The notes under the pieces were generated by a model. It was given only the letters and a program-made list of their open reading frames with translations, made no database searches and had not been told where the DNA came from. Made by a program: the position numbers and the translations under genes. Below are positions 18,584 to 25,824 of a DNA stretch of 64,000 nucleotides, piece by piece. Origin of the DNA: Candidatus Aminicenantales bacterium (GTDB taxonomy: Bacteria > Acidobacteriota > Aminicenantia > Aminicenantales > Saccharicenantaceae); assembly GCA_049512315.1 (NCBI GenBank), contig JBEKXF010000001.1, positions 62,001 through 126,000 on the forward strand. Reading direction: 5' to 3'. How positions within the stretch are numbered: position 1 is the stretch's first letter; each line of letters opens with the position of its first letter.

Positions 18584-20086
18584 TCATCGATGCGCCCGTC
18601 CGGATCCCCACATTGGAAAACTTTGATCCCGGCAGCCCGGGCCGTCCACGGAAACATCTCCAACCAAGCCTAGGAATGCCTCGCCCCGGCTCTCGGACTC
18701 CGAGGCCAGCCAGACGGCACCGGCCAAGCTGTTGATAAGGTCGTCATGGCCGCCGGGAGCATGGTCGATCCGCGTGACCCCGCCGGTCAGGTTCCGCTTC
18801 TCAAGCCCCAACATCTGATCGACCAGACGATCGTCGTCCGGGATCTCGACAAGATCGCCCTGGAGCCTTACGGACAGGAACGCGTAGAGATCCGACTTCG
18901 CGACCGAGCACGGCTCAACGGTGATGTTATTCTTCGCAAAGTCCGAGCGGATCCACCCGATCGAGACGCGGTCCTCGGTAATTCCGCTGACATGGTATTC
19001 CCGGCAGATTGCCGTAAACCGCGCCACAACCTCCTTCGGATCGGCGGGGGGACGGACCTCATCCAACCGGTCAACGATAAGCTTCCCGCCGGCGGCGTGA
19101 CTCACCGCAAGAGTCATGCTGTCGCCCGACTTGACCAACTCGGACGGGTCGCAAAAGACGCGGTAAGTGCAACGCGGATTGTACGGCAAAGCAATGCGGC
19201 CCGGGACCACCGCCCGGGCGATGAGCTCCAGCGAAACGAACGTCTCCAAGTCATCCCGGAACTCGGCATAGTATTCCGTCTTCGCCTTGGAAGAATCCTT
19301 CAGCATGGCCCTGTCGATGATCGACTGCCGATACGTCGGGTTGAGGTCCGTCGTCCCCGACTTCCAGACGAGCACCGCGTCGTCCTCCTTGCCCCAGTAA
19401 TCGCGGAAGAGCTCGAAGGTCGGCCCGCTCCGGATGTAAGGCGTCGTCGGGATCAGCAGCTGCGCCCCTTCCGTCTCGCCCAGCGCAGGCTCGAGCGCGG
19501 TGATGACCTCGCCCGCCGGGTTGCGACTCGTCTCCTGGTCCATCCAAAAAGAAACTTCGTCTGCCGCAGCGCCCAAAATTCGCAGGCCTCTCAAAGTACG
19601 GAAACTCGAGGTATGAATCCCGATCGTTATCCTCCCGAGCTCCACCTCCTCGGCCGTCTCCCGCGTGACCATCCCCCGGAACGCGGGCTGCCGGAGGATG
19701 TCCTTCACGTATCCATGCACCACGGAGGCCTGCAGCTTATCCGCTGCCAAGCAAAGAAGGTACGCCTTGCCGAGAAACGGCGGCCAACGCTTGAACACAG
19801 CCGCGTGGACAAGCTTCAGTGCCGTGAAGAATGACTTCCCCGCGCGCCGCCCGGCCAGGATGAGGACCGTCTGGTAAGGACCCGACGGCCTGACCGTCCG
19901 CCCGGTGAACTTCTTGAATGTCTCAAACTCCGCGTCGGTCAACGACAAGCCGTCCATCGACTTCAAAAGCGTCAGCCAGGTCCCCACCGTGGATAGGTCC
20001 TTGAAGATCTCCAGACCGCCGAACACGCGCCGGTCCTGAATCGCCTGGATGATGTCCAGCGGCGGGAGAACAGCCGGCTTCGTCAT
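18584..20086 (-). CDS. Phage terminase large subunit
   Basis: Walker A AGRRAGKS, Walker B AAADEVSF, motif III PTTPY, RNase H-like VFCDPS...GHDDLINSLAG; start re-called at ATG 20086 (ATGA overlap). Confidence 0.85.
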   Translation of the reverse strand: MTKPAVLPPLDIIQAIQDRRVFGGLEIFKDLSTVGTWLTLLKSMDGLSLTDAEFETFKKFTGRTVRPSGPYQTVLILAGRRAGKSFFTALKLVHAAVFKRWPPFLGKAYLLCLAADKLQASVVHGYVKDILRQPAFRGMVTRETAEEVELGRITIGIHTSSFRTLRGLRILGAAADEVSFWMDQETSRNPAGEVITALEPALGETEGAQLLIPTTPYIRSGPTFELFRDYWGKEDDAVLVWKSGTTDLNPTYRQSIIDRAMLKDSSKAKTEYYAEFRDDLETFVSLELIARAVVPGRIALPYNPRCTYRVFCDPSELVKSGDSMTLAVSHAAGGKLIVDRLDEVRPPADPKEVVARFTAICREYHVSGITEDRVSIGWIRSDFAKNNITVEPCSVAKSDLYAFLSVRLQGDLVEIPDDDRLVDQMLGLEKRNLTGGVTRIDHAPGGHDDLINSLAGAVWLASESESRGEAFLGLVGDVSVDGPGCRDQSFPMWGSGRAHR

Positions 20087-20433
20087 CTGCGACGCCCTAA
20101 ACGGTTCAGCTGCCGACGCAGCCAGCCCTGCTTCGCTTCGGGAGTCGTGTTGGCCGCAATCACCGCCTCGGCATGGGCCGCCTGACTGCCCTCGAGCGGG
20201 ACCGGACCCAAGCCCAAGGCCTGCCGGCGACGTTCCTCGGCCGCAGCTGCGCCCGGGCCGTAGTATTCGACCTCCGACCACTTGGTGCGAGTCATCGTCC
20301 CGGCAATGAACCTGGCGTCGTCCATCTGGACCGACGGGTGACCAGGGAACGGCCCAGCCTCACCCTTCGGCAAAGGCGATCGTTGGCCCGTCGCCGCGGC
20401 CCGTTTGAAGATCCTGCGTTGAATCTCACTCAT
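20083..20433 (-). CDS. Hypothetical protein (116 aa)
   Basis: Overlaps both neighbours in a tightly coupled operon; start re-called at MSEIQRR. Confidence 0.55.
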   Translation of the reverse strand: MSEIQRRIFKRAAATGQRSPLPKGEAGPFPGHPSVQMDDARFIAGTMTRTKWSEVEYYGPGAAAAEERRRQALGLGPVPLEGSQAAHAEAVIAANTTPEAKQGWLRRQLNRLGRRR

Positions 20434-20953
20434 GTTCTTTCCCTCCGAGTTCCCGGATCCTGGTCCGTAGGCCTTCAGCCCGACCCTCGGCCAGGGCCCC
20501 CTCAATTTGCCTGGCCGAACAGGCCAACCGCCGGCAGCTCACGGAGCAAAATCGCTTCCGCTCACCGCGCCTCCCTGGCTTGAGGCCTACCAGGCAGACC
20601 TCGCACTTCCCCGTCCCGATGGCCACGGGGGCCCTATTTGAACCGTGCACGCTTTCCTGTGGCAGGTCCGCCCGGGTTGTAGGCGTCGCCGGGAAGTCCG
20701 CAAACCTCAGGATGACGAGACAGTCCGCAAACCGCTTCCCCTTTTCCTTTAAGACCAAGAGCGGCACCTTCCCTTCCGCTGCGTTCGACTGAGCCTGGCC
20801 GTACGCTCCCTTCAGAAAGGCCGGCAGTTCGAGCCGCGTCTTGACCTCAACCGAATACCGATCATGCCTCACGTCCTCACGCCCCAGGATCCCGACCCGC
20901 TCCCCGCCGAGTTCCCTGGCGATCCGCCGCTCAACCTCCTTCCAGTTCCTCAA
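20426..20953 (-). CDS. PD-(D/E)xK nuclease, Holliday-junction-resolvase-like, with C-terminal Cys cluster
   Basis: WKEVERRIA...REDV...SVEVK pattern; C-terminal CEVC...FCSVSCR. Confidence 0.65.
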   Translation of the reverse strand: MRNWKEVERRIARELGGERVGILGREDVRHDRYSVEVKTRLELPAFLKGAYGQAQSNAAEGKVPLLVLKEKGKRFADCLVILRFADFPATPTTRADLPQESVHGSNRAPVAIGTGKCEVCLVGLKPGRRGERKRFCSVSCRRLACSARQIEGALAEGRAEGLRTRIRELGGKEHE

Positions 20954-21498
20954 GTCGGTTCCCCTTCGCCCCCCTCAGGCTCTCCATGCGGAGTGGCGGG
21001 TGCATCCTGGCCGCTCTCATGGGCCTCCAGTGGCGCTGCAGGCCCCGCCAGACGGCCTCCAGGGGCGTAGTCGGCCAGGATAGCCTCCAGAGGCGTCGCC
21101 TCGGCGGACCGGCGGTCGAGTCCCAAAAGGGCCAGGTTTGCTCTGATCTGACTGAGGAAAGACGAATATGCCCGCTCGAGGATGGGTTGAAAGGTCAGGA
21201 CGCCATACTTGGCCTGGTCTGGACGGACAACCGAGAACCTGCCGGCATAGAGTTCGGCCAGGGCGATCACGCCATAGGCCCGAATGGTTGTCCTGATGAG
21301 GATCTCCCGTTGGGCCGTCAGGTTGGCCTCGCCCCCTGAGTCCTCGACCAGGCGCCGCTCGAGGTCTGCCAGGTATCGTTGGACCTTGCGATATCCCTTG
21401 ATCGACGGATTCACCTTGCCTGTCCGAAGCCAATACTCGATCCCATGCGTGACCAGGGGCCGGGTCGCCGGTGGCATAGGTTTAGGTAATCTGGTCAA
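20950..21498 (-). CDS. Hypothetical protein, candidate terminase small subunit
   Basis: First gene of the operon leading to TerL; helical; QPIL...LALLGLDRR resembles the P27-type TerS C-terminal pattern. Confidence 0.4.
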   Translation of the reverse strand: MTRLPKPMPPATRPLVTHGIEYWLRTGKVNPSIKGYRKVQRYLADLERRLVEDSGGEANLTAQREILIRTTIRAYGVIALAELYAGRFSVVRPDQAKYGVLTFQPILERAYSSFLSQIRANLALLGLDRRSAEATPLEAILADYAPGGRLAGPAAPLEAHESGQDAPATPHGEPEGGEGEPT

Positions 21499-21685
21499 CT
21501 ATGGCCTCCTTGTGGCCCGAATCCGCCCCGATAAGGTACACGCCGAAAGTCGCCCAAAAGTCCACGGAAACGGCGAATCTCCCCGAGAGAACGTGGGACT
21601 TGGGATCCCACCTTGGGAGCAGTCCATTGCATTATGCAAGGAGGCTTCGAGGTGGATTTCTGAGGGCACGTTTTCGGCCATTTCA

Positions 21686-21906
21686 GCGGTTCCAATTGGC
21701 TGGAACTTCTGGATTTTGACAGGTGCTCGGGTGAGGTGGTTTTCGCATCTAGAAGTTCCGTAGAAGTTCCAAGGCCCATATGGGGAAAACCCCCTAGAAG
21801 TTCCAGAAGTTCCACAGAAGTTCCACGGTTCCGGAACCGCTGAGGGAGTGTGCGGTTCCGTTTCCCCCCTTAGGGGGGGAACCGCAGCTCGAACTTCTAG
21901 AACCGC
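21686..21906. repeat. Iteron cluster / putative replication origin
   Basis: AGAAGTTCC at 21751, 21762, 21796, 21805, 21816; inverted copies at 21702 and 21891 (8 bp); palindrome CGGTTCCGGAACCG 21826-21839; inverted repeat 21851-21886. Confidence 0.7.
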
Positions 21907-21914
21907 GGTAGTAT

Positions 21915-22109
21915 TCATCGGGGGTCCGTTTTGCATTGGCCGGTATAGTAGTGCTTTTCCCCGTTGACGATCTTGGTATGCCAGCGGCCCTCCTGTTCGC
22001 CGATGTCGAGAAGGGCAATGATATACGCCTCGTAGAGTTTTTCCTCGTTGGCTGGCATGGCTCGCTCAAGGGCCTGGAGGATCTGCATATCGCGTTCTTC
22101 TTTAGTCAT
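21915..22109 (-). CDS. Small hypothetical protein (64 aa)
   Basis: MTKEERDMQILQAL...; ATGA overlap with helicase stop. Confidence 0.5.
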   Translation of the reverse strand: MTKEERDMQILQALERAMPANEEKLYEAYIIALLDIGEQEGRWHTKIVNGEKHYYTGQCKTDPR

Positions 22110-23497
22110 GTCCTTGATCCTTCGATGGGGTAATACCGTTTTGAGTTCTTGAGGCCGTTTTCGATTTGCCAGTGCTTGCCTGCGCCTTTCTTGAGCCAGT
22201 CCAGAAGCTTCTTGCGGCTTGCCCGTCCGACCTTTTCCTCCAGGCACCAGTCGGCGATACGGTCCTGGATCAACCCATAGCCGGCGCCGGCGATATAGGC
22301 CCGGACCCTCTTGATGTCTTTGGTCTCGGGGTCCTCGGTGAGCTCGAGGCCGTGGCCGGTGAGGATCATGTGGAGGATCTCGGAGGGGGCGAATCTGGTC
22401 TTTTTCCCGGTGCCGAGGCAGAGGGGGGAGCCGAGCGGGATTTCGCCGCCGTCCTCCTCCTCGGAGTCTCGGCCCTTGGACTTGAAGAAGCAGATCGTAT
22501 GATCGGCCAGGTCCGCCCACGCCCCCGAGGCCTTGAGCTCGCGATCGTTGGCCTTGGGCGTATGATGCAGGATGAGGACGGTCATGCCCATGTCCCGCAA
22601 CTCGCGGCAGCGGCCCATGACCAGCGCGGCGACGTCGGAATCGTTCTCCTTCCCGTCGTGGGCGCTCCGGCTCGTGTCAATGATGACCAGGGCGTTCGAG
22701 GGGAGTGTTGTCTTGTAAAGGGCCCAGCCCAGGCTGTCGAATTTCGGAGGCCGGGGTTCCATCGTCGAGTGCCAGATCTTGGCGTTCATGGAACGCATAT
22801 TGAGGGCTTCGGCGCGGTCCTTCATGACCGTGAGGGGATTCTCCATGTCGATATAGACGACCGGCCTCTGCTTTGTCGCCCTGCCGAAGATCGGGAGCCC
22901 GGCCGAGACGGCTTCAGCAATCATGAGACAGGCCCAGGACTTGCCGATCGAAGTCCGGCCGTAGAGGACCGTGACGGAGTTCTCCGGTAGGAGGCCATCG
23001 ATCAGCCATTCTACATGGATGTCCATCGCCCTTAGTTCGGGGAAGCTGATGGAGGGACTGATCTGTTCGGCCGGGTCAAACGCCTGGCGGTTGATTCCAT
23101 CATAGGCCTCGAGATCTCCGCGGATCTCCTCAAGGTCGAGTTCTCCGGTCTTGGCCTGCTGTTCTATCTTCGCCAGGATCCGGGACGTCAACGCCCGGCG
23201 GCGGAGTTCCGAGACTCGGCCGAGAAAATTATTCGGGCTCAACCGGATGTTTCCATCCATGAGGGAGGCGACGAATTCGCCGACGTGGTCGCCCCCGATC
23301 CGGTCGACCAGGATCGCCAGGTCGATCGTCGCCGGTCTCGTTTCTTCCCAAAGCTTGGTTATAGCCGCAAAGACCCGGCGAAAGGGACCGGGTGAGAAGT
23401 CGGAATCGCGGAGGTCCGAGTTTTCCAGTAGCGCGGGCTGGAGGACCAGGGCACCCAAAAGGCCGCGCTCGATCTCCGTGGTCCGGGTCATAATCAT
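22106..23497 (-). CDS. Replicative helicase: DnaB N-terminal domain fused to AAA_25/RepA-type SF4 ATPase
   Basis: EIERGLLGAL...DF...RRVFAAI (DnaB-N); WLIDGLLP..VLYGRTSIGKS (Walker A), LVIIDT, LILHHTPK. Confidence 0.82.
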   Translation of the reverse strand: MIMTRTTEIERGLLGALVLQPALLENSDLRDSDFSPGPFRRVFAAITKLWEETRPATIDLAILVDRIGGDHVGEFVASLMDGNIRLSPNNFLGRVSELRRRALTSRILAKIEQQAKTGELDLEEIRGDLEAYDGINRQAFDPAEQISPSISFPELRAMDIHVEWLIDGLLPENSVTVLYGRTSIGKSWACLMIAEAVSAGLPIFGRATKQRPVVYIDMENPLTVMKDRAEALNMRSMNAKIWHSTMEPRPPKFDSLGWALYKTTLPSNALVIIDTSRSAHDGKENDSDVAALVMGRCRELRDMGMTVLILHHTPKANDRELKASGAWADLADHTICFFKSKGRDSEEEDGGEIPLGSPLCLGTGKKTRFAPSEILHMILTGHGLELTEDPETKDIKRVRAYIAGAGYGLIQDRIADWCLEEKVGRASRKKLLDWLKKGAGKHWQIENGLKNSKRYYPIEGSRT

Positions 23498-23503
23498 CCT
23501 TAA

Positions 23504-23962
23504 TTAGAACGGCACATCATCATCGCTGCCCGGACCCTTGTGATGGACGGCCTCATCGAGCGGATCCGGTCCGTCCTGGGCTGGATCCTCAGCGATTGCG
23601 GCGCCGTCAACCGGCTCGGCCGAGGCGACTAGTCGGCGCTCTTTGCCGTCCTTGGAGGCATACTTGACGATCGTGATCACGAATCTCCGGCCTTCCGGCC
23701 GGGCTGGGGCGTCAACGCCGCCGGCGGCATTTCTCCGGCCGCCGATGGCCAGCAGGGCGTCGGTCCAGGTCTCGGCGTCGGGTTGAAAACTCCAGATGAA
23801 CCTGACGGGCTCGCCTCCGCCCTTGGGGGTCAGCAAAAGCGGGGCCTGATAATATATCTTGTCTTCGTCGAATTTGCTCTGCTTCTCGAGCACGTCACCG
23901 GCGAGTTCGGCATAATAGACGCCGGGTTTCACCATCCGTGGGCTTGCCGATGGCACGTACAT
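23504..23962 (-). CDS. Putative ssDNA-binding protein
   Basis: Beta-rich core, acidic linker, C-terminal DDDVPF tip like SSB DDDIPF; directly upstream of helicase. Confidence 0.55.
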   Translation of the reverse strand: MYVPSASPRMVKPGVYYAELAGDVLEKQSKFDEDKIYYQAPLLLTPKGGGEPVRFIWSFQPDAETWTDALLAIGGRRNAAGGVDAPARPEGRRFVITIVKYASKDGKERRLVASAEPVDGAAIAEDPAQDGPDPLDEAVHHKGPGSDDDVPF

Positions 23963-24010
23963 TTTTCTCTCCTTATTCGAGTTTTGTTTTATCCGGGTCG
24001 CCGAGGTTGG

Positions 24011-24220
24011 TCATCTGGACCTCCGGAGCAGGAACTCGTCGAGCTGCGTCTTGTCGATCCTAATCGTGCAGTGATGGTGGCCGCAGCCGGTGGGGTTCCT
24101 ATGGCGGATCCTGATGCAGGGAATGAGATCTGCGTTGACCCAGCCCCGGACCGTGGCAGGCTTGCAATCCAGGTAGATTGCCGCGCTGCGGACGGTCAGG
24201 AACCTGGCCTCCACAGTCAC
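24011..24220 (-). CDS. Excisionase-like HTH protein
   Basis: FLTVRSAAIYLDCKPATVRGWV...IPCIRI...IRIDKTQLDEFL. Confidence 0.75.
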   Translation of the reverse strand: MTVEARFLTVRSAAIYLDCKPATVRGWVNADLIPCIRIRHRNPTGCGHHHCTIRIDKTQLDEFLLRRSR

Positions 24221-24423
24221 TTCTCCGGCGGCCAGAGGAAGTCCATCGGAAGATCCATGAACTCGCTGATTTTTTGTTTAATTTTGACGATCGAGGGAAT
24301 ATCCCTCACCGCACCGGTCTCGATCTTGGAGATCAGCGACTCTTCCGCGTCGACAGCCTTGCCGAGGTCGGCCTGCCGGAGGCCCTTTAGAAGCCGGGCC
24401 AGCTTGAGAGGTGATTCGTTCAT
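24217..24423 (-). CDS. Cro/Xre-type HTH regulator
   Basis: LKLARLLKGLRQADLGKAV...SLISKIETG HTH_3 pattern; TAGGAG RBS. Confidence 0.85.
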   Translation of the reverse strand: MNESPLKLARLLKGLRQADLGKAVDAEESLISKIETGAVRDIPSIVKIKQKISEFMDLPMDFLWPPEK

Positions 24424-24439
24424 TCATATCTCCTAATGT

Positions 24440-24473
24440 TTCTGTTGACAGAATAAGGCCGGAAGTTCATAAT
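24440..24473 (+). promoter_or_regulatory. Near-consensus promoter with operator-like palindrome over -35
   Basis: TTGACA 24445-24450, 17 nt spacer, CATAAT 24468-24473; TTCTGT-tg-ACAGAA palindrome 24440-24453. Confidence 0.7.
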
Positions 24474-24482
24474 TCCTAGAGC

Positions 24483-25058
24483 GTGTATACACAACTGGAC
24501 TTCTGCCCACGCAGCCCCCGGCATCACAGTCTTCTTGAGCAAGCCGAATTTCTATTGCGCGATCTCGTGGCTGGCCGAGTCCATAAATTTCCCTGTAATT
24601 GCGGTGCCTGTATTGATTGGGCCTACCGTCGGGTCAAGAGGGGCGAGGGTCGCTTATTTTCTGCGAAGACGGTCTTCGTCTACTTCCTGCGGACCGCTTT
24701 CCTCAAAAAGACGCTGGCGAACACTCGATCGGTTACGGTTCGCGAGGTGGAAGAAGAGGCCTGGCGACGAAATGAGATTGCCTGGTATGCCGATCTCAGG
24801 GACCGCCCTCGCATAGTGCCCATAGTCTCCGGTTATTTTGTTTATTGGGACGAGGTTCGAAAGGCCACAAAAAGCCAAACATTGGATGCGATAAAGAAAC
24901 TTGCGAAAGCAAAGCAGCCTCCGGCCGCGAAGATGTTTCTTCGTGGGATCCTGAATAAAAAGTCGTTCTATACCTACTACAACCGGGCTGGCGATGCGGA
25001 GCTCGGCCTGATCGTGCGAGGGATGCGGAAGAAATTGGGGAGCATGGTTGAGCGATAA
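24483..25058 (+). CDS. Basic hypothetical protein (191 aa) with CxCxxC
   Basis: Divergent from Cro; GTG 9 nt after the -10 box. Confidence 0.6.
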   Translation: MYTQLDFCPRSPRHHSLLEQAEFLLRDLVAGRVHKFPCNCGACIDWAYRRVKRGEGRLFSAKTVFVYFLRTAFLKKTLANTRSVTVREVEEEAWRRNEIAWYADLRDRPRIVPIVSGYFVYWDEVRKATKSQTLDAIKKLAKAKQPPAAKMFLRGILNKKSFYTYYNRAGDAELGLIVRGMRKKLGSMVER

Positions 25059-25093
25059 CGCGCGTCATGCTCCCGGACTGAACAGAGGCTTAA

Positions 25094-25600
25094 ATGAACA
25101 GACCAGAGAAAAAGTTTAAGTGTTTGGGCTATTTTTGGCTGGTCAAGAGACAATACAATAGACTGAAGCTAACCCACGACGGAGTTCCATTTACGCCGGG
25201 GCCCATAAATTTCGATTCAGGAGATCTTGAACTCGATTTCTTTGCCTTCTTTTTGTTTTGTTATCATCTTAAGGACTGGATCAAAAAAGATCCCAGCGTG
25301 GATAAAAAGACAAAGACCGGCGTTGAGGATTTTATTAACTCGACACCATGTCTCTTAGATTGCGCGAATCTGGCTAATGGAATTAAGCATCTGAGACTCG
25401 ATAAACCGCCGAGAGGTAATCGGAGGCCGAGATTTAAGTCGGTCCATAGGAAAGCTCACTGGACTCCAGAATCGGTGGTTGTCGTCGATTCTATCACAAT
25501 GGGAACCGATGAGGGCGAGATAGAAGCCTTTGATCTCGCATCGAAATGTCTTGCGGCCTGGCAGGATTATATCGATAAACACATTTTAGGATCGGCTTGA
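25094..25600 (+). CDS. AT-rich cargo protein, HEPN-like
   Basis: FF..CYHLKDW and LANGIKH motifs; GAGG RBS; composition differs from host. Confidence 0.5.
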   Translation: MNRPEKKFKCLGYFWLVKRQYNRLKLTHDGVPFTPGPINFDSGDLELDFFAFFLFCYHLKDWIKKDPSVDKKTKTGVEDFINSTPCLLDCANLANGIKHLRLDKPPRGNRRPRFKSVHRKAHWTPESVVVVDSITMGTDEGEIEAFDLASKCLAAWQDYIDKHILGSA

Positions 25601-25623
25601 GGGCACGGCTGACCCTCAAAGCC

Positions 25624-25643
25624 CGTGGACTTTATGGCGACTT
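25624..25643. repeat. Candidate integrase arm-type site
   Basis: CGTGGACTTTATGGCGACTT, 17/20 identical to 15424-15443. Confidence 0.6.
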
Positions 25644-25717
25644 TTGAATCAAAAAAGGCTCAAAAACAGTGCAAAACAGCATTGGCCGAGAAGTGAGCTG
25701 AATTCTCCACGCTTTTA

Positions 25718-25730
25718 TAAGTTGCTGATT
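25718..25730 (-). promoter_or_regulatory. Candidate IHF-binding site near right att
   Basis: Minus strand AATCAGCAACTTA matches WATCARNNNNTTR. Confidence 0.55.
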
Positions 25731-25781
25731 TAATAGGTGATACAAGAGAAAAACGGGAGAACGAGGTCCTCACCCCCCACG

Positions 25782-25800
25782 GATGAGGAGTCCGTCCATG
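25782..25800. repeat. att core, right copy; truB stub MDGLLIRGG*
   Basis: Identical to 15351-15369; 24 nt downstream of the DHH gene stop, where truB originally began. Confidence 0.93.
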
Positions 25801-25824
25801 GGAATCCGGGGGCGGCCGGGCCCG

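Larger units (their letters stand above)
15351..25800. mobile_element. ~10.4 kb integrated phage-satellite-like element inserted at the truB 5' end
   Basis: Exact 19-bp flanking direct repeats; integrase next to one repeat; phage-type replication, regulation and terminase genes; interrupts the rbfA-DHH-truB operon. Confidence 0.92.

Noticed and set aside
18584..20281. 565-aa N-terminally extended TerL
   Set aside because: The extension overlaps the upstream ORF; ATG 20086 gives an ATGA coupling
21751..21824. AGAAGTTCC repeats as a CRISPR array
   Set aside because: Repeats are only 9 bp with 0-25 nt irregular gaps, and there are no cas genes; they fit iterons better
21284..22069. ORFs 21495..21815, 21499..21936, 21284..21763 and 21794..22069
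   Set aside because: They overlap the repeat-rich origin and their peptides mirror the DNA repeats; probably spurious
15351..25800. Complete prophage or ICE
   Set aside because: No capsid, portal, tail, lysis, relaxase or T4SS genes recognisable in 10.4 kb
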